Positions 9,159-17,633 of a stretch of 64,000 bases of DNA are shown here, piece after piece (position 1 is the stretch's first letter; each line of letters begins with the position of its first letter). Origin of the DNA: an uncultured Acidobacteriaceae bacterium (lineage in GTDB: Bacteria; Acidobacteriota; Terriglobia; Terriglobales; Acidobacteriaceae); NCBI GenBank assembly GCA_963798185.1, contig CAWCSJ010000013.1, forward strand, positions 217,628 through 281,627, given 5' to 3'. Both the position numbers and the translations under genes were made by a program. The notes beneath the pieces are model-generated. The model did not search any database. It worked only from the letters and a program-made list of their open reading frames with translations, and had not been told where the DNA came from.

Positions 9159-9425
9159 ATGGAGATCACCGTCAAGCTGCCGGACGACCTGGCCCAGCAT
9201 CCCGATCCAGGACGCGAGGCCCTGGAAGCGCTGGTGATCGAGGGCTATCGCTCGGGTGCGCTCTCGCATTACCAGGCAAGCCAACTACTGGGAATCTCAC
9301 GTTTTGAATTTGACGGCTTTCTCAAGGAACGTAACGTCTACGAACATGCCTACGACATCCAAGACCTGGACCGGGACCAGGAAACGCTCCGGAAGCTTCA
9401 AAGCAACGGCTTCCTCGAGAGATGA
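9159..9425 (+). CDS. UPF0175-family antitoxin-like protein
   Basis: 88 aa. HTH-like segment SHYQASQLLGISRFEFDGFL. 4-nt overlap with the downstream gene. Confidence 0.7.
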   Translation: MEITVKLPDDLAQHPDPGREALEALVIEGYRSGALSHYQASQLLGISRFEFDGFLKERNVYEHAYDIQDLDRDQETLRKLQSNGFLER

Positions 9426-9913
9426 TCGTCGTAGCGGATACCTCGCCGCTTAACTACCTAATTCAAGTTGATTGTGAATCGCTCCTCCCGTCGCTTTACA
9501 AACGAGTTCTCATCCCGGCAGCGGTTCTTGAAGAACTTGGCGATCCTGCCGCGCCCGCAAGCGTCAATCGATGGTTGTTGAACGTCCCCACATGGGTCGA
9601 AGTTAAAAAAACCACGACCTCTCCTGATGCGGCGCTGAGCTTTCTTGATCCCGGTGAACTACAAGCGATTCAACTAGCGCAGGAGCAGCGGGCTGACCTG
9701 CTCCTGATCGATGAACGCAGAGGCCGTCTTGAGGCTATGCGGCGCGGATTAGCAACAACGGGAACCCTGGGAATCCTGCTTACCGCTGCTGAGCGCGGCT
9801 TGATCGACGCAGCCGCCGTATTCCATCGGCTCATTACCGAAACCAATTTCCGCACGACAGCTGACCTTCGCAGCAGGTTTTTGGCGGAAGTGCGAGACAT
9901 AGATAAGCGCTAG
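9422..9913 (+). CDS. DUF3368 (PIN-like) putative toxin
   Basis: 163 aa. N-terminus is MIVVADTSPLNYLIQV. Paired with the UPF0175 gene. Confidence 0.7.
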   Translation: MIVVADTSPLNYLIQVDCESLLPSLYKRVLIPAAVLEELGDPAAPASVNRWLLNVPTWVEVKKTTTSPDAALSFLDPGELQAIQLAQEQRADLLLIDERRGRLEAMRRGLATTGTLGILLTAAERGLIDAAAVFHRLITETNFRTTADLRSRFLAEVRDIDKR

Positions 9914-10170
9914 ACGCCGGGTTTTGGTTCTGATGGTGCGGTGTCGTCGGCTTTCTTCACCGCAGCTTCGGCGGCCTGGAAGCCAATCTTGGAATGGGTC
10001 CCGTCGCAGAAAGGTTTATTGACCGATCCACCGCAACGGCACAGAGAAAATGCTGTCTTGCCGGTCAGGTCGTAGGGATTGCCGTCAGCATCCACCAATT
10101 CGACTACGCCCTCGGGCGCTTCTATGCGGAACGGCCCATCTCTGCGGACCGTGATTTTCACTTGTGCCAT
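9910..10170 (-). CDS. CDGSH iron-sulfur domain protein
   Basis: 86 aa with the exact CDGSH signature CRCGGSVNKPFCDGTH. Confidence 0.85.
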   Translation of the reverse strand: MAQVKITVRRDGPFRIEAPEGVVELVDADGNPYDLTGKTAFSLCRCGGSVNKPFCDGTHSKIGFQAAEAAVKKADDTAPSEPKPGV

Positions 10171-10210
10171 GTGTTGCCTCCATCTCGATTGTAACGGAGA
10201 GGGGACGATA

Positions 10211-10430
10211 GCAATCAGCAGTCAGCTCAGCAGTGCGTCGAAAATTATTCACCACAGAGACACGCAGGGCACGGAGTGGCAGATGCGGCGCAACTGGGCT
10301 TTTTTGGATCAAGAGGGTCAAGTCGCAGGAATAGGGGTTCTTCGACTCCTCGCTGCGCTCCTCGCCGCGGATGACAATCAAAAGCAGGTCCCTCAGCTCG
10401 GTCGTCGCGGCGACCTCGGTCGGGATGACA
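10211..10430. repeat. composite repeat block
   Basis: Short heptamer run at 10211-10235, CACCACAGAGACAC motif at 10247-10285, and a B-type hairpin element (AAAGCAGGTCCCTC...CGGTCGGGATGACA) at 10336-10430. Confidence 0.75.
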
Positions 10431-10445
10431 GCTCGAAACTGAAGT

Positions 10446-10529
10446 GCTGATAGCTGACGGCTGATAGCTGATAGCTGATGGACGACAGCTGAATGCTGAG
10501 TGCTGACGGCTGACAGCTGATAGCTGACA
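10446..10529. repeat. heptanucleotide tandem array, 12 units of GCTGAnn
   Basis: Phasing was counted unit by unit. A partial 13th unit, GCTA, runs into the stop-codon complement at 10531-10533. Confidence 0.95.
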
Positions 10530-10530
10530 G

Positions 10531-12750
10531 CTATTTTTTGAACGCCACGTTTACCAGCAGCTTCTCGCCTTCCACATCGACGACGTTGCAAAACGTCCGA
10601 TCGCCGCGGCGGGTGAAGTCGAGACCCACGCGGCTGCTGGCGATGCGCAAGTTGCGAATGTGCAGATGGTCGAGCCAGTCGGGCAGTCGCGGGTTGATGA
10701 TGTTCAACTCGCGGCGCGGCGCGCTGGGCCGAATTCCCAGCACCGACGCCAGGACCAGAAACATTGCACCCGAGGCCCAGGCCTGCGGCGAGCATGACAC
10801 CGGATAATGCACCGGCTCATCGTATTCGCGACGCTGCATTCCGCAAAAAAGTTCAGGCAGGCGATAGTCGCGAAATTCCACCGCCGTCTGGTACAGCGAG
10901 GTCAGGATGCTGAGGGCGCCGTCGCGCAATTCGTTGACGGCCATGCCGTGCGCGATGATGGAATTATCGTGCGGCCACACCGAGCCGCGATGGTAGCTGA
11001 GCGGATTGAACACCCGCTCTTCCTGCGACATGGTGCGCCATCCCCAGCCGGTGAACATATCATCGCGCATCAGGCGATTGGCGACGGTGCGGGCGCGTTC
11101 CTTGCTGATGATGCGGCCGAACAGCAGATGCCCCGGGTTAGACGAAATCACCTCCAGCGGCTTCTTGTCGGCGTCGAGCGCCATGGCGTAGAAGCTGCGG
11201 CTCGGCACCCAGAAGGCGCGGTCGAAGCGGCGGGCCAGCTCCAGCGCATCGCGCTTCAGCCGGTCGGCGATCTTGATGTCGCCGAATGTCCGCAGCAGCG
11301 ACGACATGCGATACTTTGCGTCGTACACGTAGCCCTGGACTTCGCACAGCGCGATGGGCGGCTTGGCGATGGTGCCATCGCGATGCATGTTGGCGTCCCA
11401 GGAATCCTTCCAGCCCTGGTTGACCAGGCCCTTGGGCGAGCGCCGCAGATATTCGACAAAGCCGTCGCCGTCAAGGTCGCCGTACTTGTCGATCCACTCC
11501 AGCGCGGCGTAGGCATGCGGCAGCATCTCCTGAACCAGTGCTTCGTCGCCGGTCCAGTTGAAGGTCTCGCTTAGCAGGACGAGGAACAGCGGTGTGGCAT
11601 CGACCGAACCGTAGTAGGGGCCGAAGGGCATTTCGTCGTGACGGGTCATTTCGCCGTCGCGATACTCGTGCAGAATCTTGCCCGGCTCTTCGTCGCGCCA
11701 GTCGTTGTATTCCTTGCCCTGGTAACGGGCCAGCACGCGCAGGGTCTCGACCGCCAGTTGTGAATTCAGCGACAGCGACTGATAGGCCGCAATGATGGAG
11801 TCGCGGCCAAACATGGTGGCGAACCAGGGAATGCCAGCGGCGATGATGTGCTGATCGCCATCGGGAATTTGCAGCGCGTGAAAATCGCCGATGCCGGTCT
11901 TGAGCATCTCGTCGAAGACTTCGTTGTCGCTGGTGAAATTGGTGGAGCTGGATTCCCAGCGCGAGAAATTGGCGCGACGCTGCCGGAGCTGGTAATCGAA
12001 ATCGTAGTTCTGGGCGCGCGATGGCCGGGCTTCCACGAATGGCGTTACCGATATTTGCAGCTCGACGCGCTTCAACGGCTCCAGCCGCAAATCCCAACGG
12101 GCAATGCGTTCCTCGACTTGGGCGGGCAGGGGCGCCAGCTTGATCAGGGTCTGGCGCATCACGTTGTCGAGCCCGCGGTAATAAAAGGCGATGGTATTTT
12201 CGCCGACCACGGGCTGGTAATACTGGCCGTGCTGTTCCCGGGCCACGCCGCGCACCTGAAACACGTCGACGAAGTCGGCGTCGAAGAGCAGCTCGACGGT
12301 AAAGTCCACGGGGATGAGATTGAAGTTTTCAAAGCTCAGACGGTCGAAGAGCATCTCCGACGCCAGCACCTGTTCCCGGCGCACGTGGACGGTGTTCTGA
12401 GGAAGATCGAAAGAATCGCGCAGGGTGATGTTGCCGGTGGTCAGCTCGATCTGCGCGGAAAATGTTTTTTCGGTGCTCGACGAGAGCACCATGGCGCGAT
12501 GGCCGCCGATGCGCAGCTCCAGGTGGCTGAGGAAGCGCGTGTCGTCGTGGAAAAAACCAACGTCTGGCGCGCCCGCCGGATGAATGTCGCCGGCGACATT
12601 GGTAGCGCTGAAGGTTTTGCCGTCGATGAGGGTCAGGTTGTCAACCTTCCGCGGCTCCATCGCGGGAAAGGCAAAACGCGGCTCCAGGTAAGGCGACGGG
12701 ATCTCGATCAACCGCTGGTCGGGAAGTGTGAGATACGTACTCATCAGCAA
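10531..12750 (-). CDS. glycogen-debranching-enzyme-like protein (N-terminal GDE domain plus amylo-alpha-1,6-glucosidase six-hairpin domain)
   Basis: 739 aa. The block GIPWFATMFGRDSIIA and overall length are typical of bacterial/archaeal GDE_C proteins. Confidence 0.75.
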   Translation of the reverse strand: MLMSTYLTLPDQRLIEIPSPYLEPRFAFPAMEPRKVDNLTLIDGKTFSATNVAGDIHPAGAPDVGFFHDDTRFLSHLELRIGGHRAMVLSSSTEKTFSAQIELTTGNITLRDSFDLPQNTVHVRREQVLASEMLFDRLSFENFNLIPVDFTVELLFDADFVDVFQVRGVAREQHGQYYQPVVGENTIAFYYRGLDNVMRQTLIKLAPLPAQVEERIARWDLRLEPLKRVELQISVTPFVEARPSRAQNYDFDYQLRQRRANFSRWESSSTNFTSDNEVFDEMLKTGIGDFHALQIPDGDQHIIAAGIPWFATMFGRDSIIAAYQSLSLNSQLAVETLRVLARYQGKEYNDWRDEEPGKILHEYRDGEMTRHDEMPFGPYYGSVDATPLFLVLLSETFNWTGDEALVQEMLPHAYAALEWIDKYGDLDGDGFVEYLRRSPKGLVNQGWKDSWDANMHRDGTIAKPPIALCEVQGYVYDAKYRMSSLLRTFGDIKIADRLKRDALELARRFDRAFWVPSRSFYAMALDADKKPLEVISSNPGHLLFGRIISKERARTVANRLMRDDMFTGWGWRTMSQEERVFNPLSYHRGSVWPHDNSIIAHGMAVNELRDGALSILTSLYQTAVEFRDYRLPELFCGMQRREYDEPVHYPVSCSPQAWASGAMFLVLASVLGIRPSAPRRELNIINPRLPDWLDHLHIRNLRIASSRVGLDFTRRGDRTFCNVVDVEGEKLLVNVAFKK

Positions 12751-12764
12751 TGATGTTAAACCGG

Positions 12765-13832
12765 TCAGGCCACCATCGGGACGGTGGTGGTTGATTTCGC
12801 CAGAGCGCCGGCTTCACCGGCCATTTCGTCATACAGGGCCATGTAGTCGGCCACCATGCGTTCGACTGAGAAATATTGCTGGCAATACTGCCGTACCGTG
12901 GCGGGCTTGAAGATGGCGGACAGGTCGCGACAGCGTAGTGCCATCTCGTCCGGCGTCTGGCAAACAAATCCGGAGATGCCATTGCGTACCACTTCGTCCA
13001 CCGAGCCGCCAGGCAAGGCGAGGACGGGCGTGCCACAGGCCATGGCTTCGATCATGACCAGTCCAAAAGGCTCGTCCCATTGAATAGGGAACAGCATCGC
13101 CAGGGAATTACTGAGCAATTCGTTCTTGGCGGCAAGATCGGCTTCGCCCACGTACTCGATGAACCTGCCGTCAAGGTGCGGTTTGATCATGGTATCGAAG
13201 TAATCCTGAAATATGGGCTGCACTTCGCCCGCGATCTTCAACGGAATGCCGCTTTTGTTCGCCACCTCGATGGCGAGGTGAGTGCCCTTAATGGGCGCAA
13301 TCCGCCCCAGGAAGCTGAGGTAGTTCTGCTTCTTTGCCTGCAGGGGATACAGGCCGAGGTCGATGCCGTGATGAATGGAGCGCATGCGGGGCATGCTCTC
13401 CCGCTGTCTCTGGAACTCGCTGATGGTAACGAATTCGACCTCAGGGAAGAAATGGTAAATCTCGCTGAGGCCCTCCTCATGCACATGGTGGATGGTGTAC
13501 ACGAACTGGTTTTTTACAAAGCGGCTGAACATCAGCGCCGGCACGTTGTGGATGTGAATAATATCGCAATCCGCGGCGGCGTCGGCGACCGCCCAAGAGG
13601 CATGATTGAAGTCTTTGAGATTGTCGTAAATTTCGCCGCTGACCGGCCACTGAAGATCTTTATAGAGCCAGCGAGACTCCACGCCAGCCGTGGACTCGCC
13701 GTTGGTGTAGAGCACAACATCGACGCCGGAGTTCTTCAACCCTTCCGCCAGTTGCGCGATGAAGAGCTCGGTCCCGCCGTATCGTTCAGGCGGAACCGGA
13801 AGGAATGGAGGGGCGACCAGAGCTACTCTCAT
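12765..13832 (-). CDS. glycosyltransferase family 4 (GT-B, group 1)
   Basis: 355 aa. N-terminus is MRVALVAPPFLPVPPERYGGTE. C-terminal EPFGLVMIEAMACGTPV motif. Confidence 0.85.
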   Translation of the reverse strand: MRVALVAPPFLPVPPERYGGTELFIAQLAEGLKNSGVDVVLYTNGESTAGVESRWLYKDLQWPVSGEIYDNLKDFNHASWAVADAAADCDIIHIHNVPALMFSRFVKNQFVYTIHHVHEEGLSEIYHFFPEVEFVTISEFQRQRESMPRMRSIHHGIDLGLYPLQAKKQNYLSFLGRIAPIKGTHLAIEVANKSGIPLKIAGEVQPIFQDYFDTMIKPHLDGRFIEYVGEADLAAKNELLSNSLAMLFPIQWDEPFGLVMIEAMACGTPVLALPGGSVDEVVRNGISGFVCQTPDEMALRCRDLSAIFKPATVRQYCQQYFSVERMVADYMALYDEMAGEAGALAKSTTTVPMVA

Positions 13833-14077
13833 TTAAAAGTCCTTTTTCCCTACACGTCGGAAAGAATGATTGGAATGCGCTTGCGCTTAAAAATCGGAGA
13901 GCTAACTCGCTTATCAAGATAGATGCAGGAAATTGCAGCGGGGTGTGCCGGTTCGAGGCCACGGCGTCGGTTTCTGATGCTAGGAATCTGGCGCTTCCGA
14001 TTGGATGCAAAAGCAGATTCATAGCTCCCCACCCCATCGAGGGCAAAAGCGGCCCTCGCTGGGGACGCCGGATACGC

Positions 14078-14146
14078 TTGTGATGACAATTCGAGAAAGG
14101 ACTCACCGCTGTGCTCGTGATGACAATTCAACTCGTGATGACAATT
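14078..14146. repeat. three tandem A-type arm copies (CTTGTGATGACAATTC / GCTCGTGATGACAATTC / CTCGTGATGACAATTC)
   Basis: Direct reading. Same arm sequence as the A-type elements. Confidence 0.7.
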
Positions 14147-14227
14147 CAAAAAGATCCGTCGTTGCGCTCGCTAGGGTCGGATTTTTGGTTCCGACCTTGT
14201 CATGCCGATTCTCAATTGGTGTGTGGG

Positions 14228-14340
14228 TGAAGCCCCCGCATTTATGTGGGGAAAAAGATCGAAGTTGATCTCGCGCTTTAGCGCCGGGTTTAAAGCCCAT
14301 TCCTAAAGCGACTTCTTTCCCCCGCTTAAGCAAGGGGGGC
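14228..14340. repeat. REP-like multi-hairpin element (C-type)
   Basis: GAAGCCCCCGCATTTATGTGGGG, GCGCTTTAGCGCC and CCCCCGCTTAAGCAAGGGGGG hairpins. Confidence 0.75.
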
Positions 14341-14562
14341 CTCCACGAACGTCGGGCGGAAGGATTTCTCCTAATTTGGAACCAAATGTGAGAGTAGTGC
14401 AGCTACTGTCGCGTTTTGGACGGGCACTTCTTACATGTTAATAGGGAAAAACACAACAATTTGCCGCAAACTACTGAATTTAAGCACGATATATACTTGC
14501 AAAACCGTGTCATTTTTGGCTGGAATGTGCTATATTGAACCTAGAATTGAGATTGAGAGAAG

Positions 14563-14590
14563 CCCAGCTAACCGCTGGGTTTTCGTGTTT
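14563..14590 (+). terminator. candidate intrinsic terminator or attenuator hairpin in an AT-rich leader
   Basis: CCCAGC-TAACC-GCTGGG followed by TTTTCGTGTTT. An extended -10-like TGCTATATT lies at 14528-14536. Confidence 0.3.
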
Positions 14591-14717
14591 CAGCAGTGCT
14601 CCAACCCTGTCCGCTGGCGAACATCGGCGTTACGCTGGCGGACATTGCAACCATCCCTCCACCTGTAAACTACTGATAAATCAGCTCCCCAGCGTGGCCA
14701 GCGCCTTGCACTGAAAG

Positions 14718-14752
14718 CAGTTGTCAGTAGCCAGTTGTCAGTTGTCAGGCTG
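14718..14752. repeat. heptamer array CAGTTGT CAGTAGC CAGTTGT CAGTTGT
   Basis: Ends 14 nt before the ATG at 14767. The same 28-mer occurs at 33181, and its first 24 nt at 17310. Confidence 0.9.
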
Positions 14753-14766
14753 CTAAAGGCAAAATT

Positions 14767-17301
14767 ATGCACACCATCTGGCATGAGATTCGATACGCAC
14801 TGCGTCAGTTGCGCAAAGCGCCGGGCTTTGCCGCCGTCGCGGTTCTGACGCTGGCGCTGGGGATCGGCGCAAACATCGCGGTGTTCTCCGTGACCAACGC
14901 GGTCATGCTGAATCCCAGCGGAATTCCTCATGCCGCCGGGATGGTGGCGTTGCGGGCCCGCTATCGCGCCATGCCCGATCTGAACAACATCGGCATGTCG
15001 GCGCCGGACTTCGGTGACGCAGCCGACGGCAAGACCATCTTCTCGTCAGGCGCGGTCATGCAGCCCGCAAGCTTCAACTACGCCCGTGAAAACGGCAATC
15101 CTGAATTGTTGCAGGGCGCCACCGTTTCGTCGGGCTGGTTCGATACGTTCGATGTGCGGCCGTACCTGGGGCGCGTGTTCACGCCCGAAGAAGACCAGCC
15201 GGGCGCCGCGAATGAGGTCGTGTTGTCGTATCGGGTGTGGAAGAAGAGGTTCGGCTCCGATCCTAGTATCGTTGGCCAGACGCTGATGCTCGACAATCAG
15301 GCGTATCGCGTAGTGGGGGTGATGGGGCGGTCGTTCAATTGGCCGAACCAGGCGGAGATTTGGGTGCCGATAGCGCTGCCGCCGGCCCGCTATCACGATC
15401 AGAAATTTCGCTATAACGAAAACCTGTTTGCGGCGGGGCGACTGCAGCCGGGAATGACCGTGCAGCAGGCGAACGCCTATCTCGATCACAAGGCCGAGGA
15501 GAGCATCGCCTCGGAAGGCGGCAAGAGTTACGGCCGGGCCAGCGGGTGGGGCATGTTCGCGATGCCGCTGAGCGAATATATTGGCGGCAGCCTGCGCAAG
15601 CCGCTGACCATGTTGCTGATCGCGGTGGGCATGGTGCTGCTGATCGCATGCGCCAACATTGCGGGATTGCAGATGGCGCGGGCATCGGCGCGGGAGCGCG
15701 ATTTGGCCATCCGCGTTGCCCTGGGCGCGCAGAGGGTCCGGTTGCTGCGTCAGGCGCTGATGGAGAGCATCGTGATCACCGTCGCCGGAGTCGCGCTGGG
15801 ATTCGTGGTGGCGTGGGTGACGGTTCCGCTGTTGTTGCGTTACCTTCCGGATGCGCTCAGCACGACCATTCAGCCGTCGTTGGGCGGTCCCGTGCTGTTG
15901 TTTGTGACCGGCATTGCGGTGATGTGCTCGCTGCTGTGCGGACTGGTTCCCGCCTGGCAGCGTACCCAGCCGGGATGGTTCAACGCACTGCAGGAGGGCG
16001 GCCGCTCGGGCACGGGCAGCCTGATGCAGCAGCGGGCGCGCTCGTTTCTGGTGGTGGCACAGATCGCGCTGTCGCTGTTGTTGCTTACGGGCGCGGGCCT
16101 GCTGATGACCAGCCTGAAGGCGCTGGAGCAAGTGGAAACTGGGTTTCAACCGAGCGGTTTGCTGTCGGCGCGTTTCTCGTTGCCGCAGTCAGTTTACGGT
16201 GTGAAGCCACCGGTGACCAGCGGTCCGACGGCGAATGACGCGGCGGCGAAAGAAGCTGCGGCCAAGGAAGCGGCGGCGGCACAGGCCGCCAGCGATGCGA
16301 AAATTGCGGCATTCCTCAGCACGGTGCAAGAGCGGCTGCACAGTACTCCCGGGGTGGGCGGCGTAGCACTCGCCGACTCCATGCCCTTCGATAATCAGGG
16401 CGGCTCGTCGAGCTTTTACATTGAAGGGCGTCCGGCGGGACCGAATGATCCGGGACCGCACGGCAACGTTCGGGTGGTTTCGCCAGAATACTTTTCCACC
16501 CTACACCAGCCGCTGATGATGGGGAGGGAGTTCGTAGCGCAGGACCGCCAGGGCACCGAACAGGTCGCGGTCGTCGATTCGGTGTTGGCGCGCCAATACT
16601 GGCCGGGCAAAAATCCTATCGGCGAGCACATCGGATTCAACGATCCCGTGAAAGGCCCGTGGTACACGATTGTTGGGCTGGTCGGGCACGCCAGTTCCAC
16701 ATCGCTGGAGTCGGACCCCAACGAGGGCTTCTACTACATTGACTCGGCACAGTCGCCACAGTTGTCAAACACGGTCGTGGTGCGCAGTTCGCGGTCGCTG
16801 GCGGATTTGAAAAACGGCATGGCCGCCGCGGTGCGGTCGGCGGATTCCAGCATTCCGATCTACGACGTGAAGACGATGGAGCAGCGCGTGGACGAGTCGC
16901 TGCTGGGCCGCCGCTTTGTGGTGCTGTTGCTGACGACGTTTGCGGGATTGGCGTTGTTGCTGGCGGCGTTGGGGCTGTATGGGGTTATCAGCTACTCGGT
17001 ACGGATGCGGACGCGCGAACTCGGCGTGCGCATGGCCCTAGGCGCGCAGCGGGTCGAGGTGATGCAACTGGTGTTGATGCAGGGCATGCGGCTGGCGGTG
17101 ATCGGAGTAGTTTTTGGCGCGCTGGCGGCGCTGGCGTCGGGACGAATTTTTTCCAGTCTATTGTTCAAGGTGGGGATGTTGAACCCGCTGCCGTGGATCG
17201 GGGCGATGGCGATCCTGGTGGCGACCGTGTTGCTGGCCAGTTATCTGCCGGCGCGCCGTGCGGCGTCGATTGAGCCTATGCAGGCGCTGCGGACGGAGTA
17301 G
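14767..17301 (+). CDS. ADOP-family duplicated FtsX/MacB-like ABC permease
   Basis: 844 aa. Signature N-terminus IRYALRQLRKAPGFAAVAVLTLALGIGAN. Two FtsX modules, each preceded by a periplasmic domain. Confidence 0.9.
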   Translation: MHTIWHEIRYALRQLRKAPGFAAVAVLTLALGIGANIAVFSVTNAVMLNPSGIPHAAGMVALRARYRAMPDLNNIGMSAPDFGDAADGKTIFSSGAVMQPASFNYARENGNPELLQGATVSSGWFDTFDVRPYLGRVFTPEEDQPGAANEVVLSYRVWKKRFGSDPSIVGQTLMLDNQAYRVVGVMGRSFNWPNQAEIWVPIALPPARYHDQKFRYNENLFAAGRLQPGMTVQQANAYLDHKAEESIASEGGKSYGRASGWGMFAMPLSEYIGGSLRKPLTMLLIAVGMVLLIACANIAGLQMARASARERDLAIRVALGAQRVRLLRQALMESIVITVAGVALGFVVAWVTVPLLLRYLPDALSTTIQPSLGGPVLLFVTGIAVMCSLLCGLVPAWQRTQPGWFNALQEGGRSGTGSLMQQRARSFLVVAQIALSLLLLTGAGLLMTSLKALEQVETGFQPSGLLSARFSLPQSVYGVKPPVTSGPTANDAAAKEAAAKEAAAAQAASDAKIAAFLSTVQERLHSTPGVGGVALADSMPFDNQGGSSSFYIEGRPAGPNDPGPHGNVRVVSPEYFSTLHQPLMMGREFVAQDRQGTEQVAVVDSVLARQYWPGKNPIGEHIGFNDPVKGPWYTIVGLVGHASSTSLESDPNEGFYYIDSAQSPQLSNTVVVRSSRSLADLKNGMAAAVRSADSSIPIYDVKTMEQRVDESLLGRRFVVLLLTTFAGLALLLAALGLYGVISYSVRMRTRELGVRMALGAQRVEVMQLVLMQGMRLAVIGVVFGALAALASGRIFSSLLFKVGMLNPLPWIGAMAILVATVLLASYLPARRAASIEPMQALRTE

Positions 17302-17309
17302 GGGTAGTG

Positions 17310-17337
17310 CAGTTGTCAGTAGCCAGTTGTCAGTGAA
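17310..17337. repeat. heptamer array CAGTTGT CAGTAGC CAGTTGT CAGTGAA
   Basis: Starts 8 nt after the stop at 17301. It is a direct repeat of 14718-14741. Confidence 0.9.
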
Positions 17338-17390
17338 AGCGGACTCATCGTTGGGTGAATGGTGGGTGGATAGTGGACAGCAAAAGCTGG

Positions 17391-17555
17391 CCCTTCGACT
17401 CCTCGGTCGCCACGGCGACCTCGCCGCTCAGGATGACATCCGTGGTGCCAAGGGGACGGGAAAGCAGGTCCCTCCGCTCGGACTAACCTACACCCCAACA
17501 AGCGCAAAATCGGCGCTCGTTGGGGACCCCGGTTCGTCCTCGGTCGGGATGACAA
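17391..17555. repeat. B-type hairpin element (long form)
   Basis: CCCTTCGACTCCTCGGTCG..., AAAGCAGGTCCCTCCGCTCGG, CGCAAAATCGGCGCTCGTTGGGGACCCCGG and TCCTCGGTCGGGATGACAAAG. The core is shared with 36293-36384. Confidence 0.8.
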
Positions 17556-17560
17556 AGTTA

Positions 17561-17623
17561 TTGCTGAAAGCTAAGGGCTGATGGCTAAGACCTAATGGCT
17601 AATTGCTAGTTGCTAGTTGCTTA
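17561..17623. repeat. heptamer array, 9 units (TTGCTGA ... TGGCTAA ... TTGCTAG)
   Basis: 7-nt phasing counted. Ends 10 nt before the ATG at 17634. Confidence 0.85.
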
Positions 17624-17633
17624 AGGAATGATC

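Noticed and set aside
13949-13960. GGTTCGAGGCC, resembling a tRNA T-arm.
   Set aside because: I could not build an acceptor stem, anticodon arm or D-arm around it, and it lies in repeat-rich spacer DNA.
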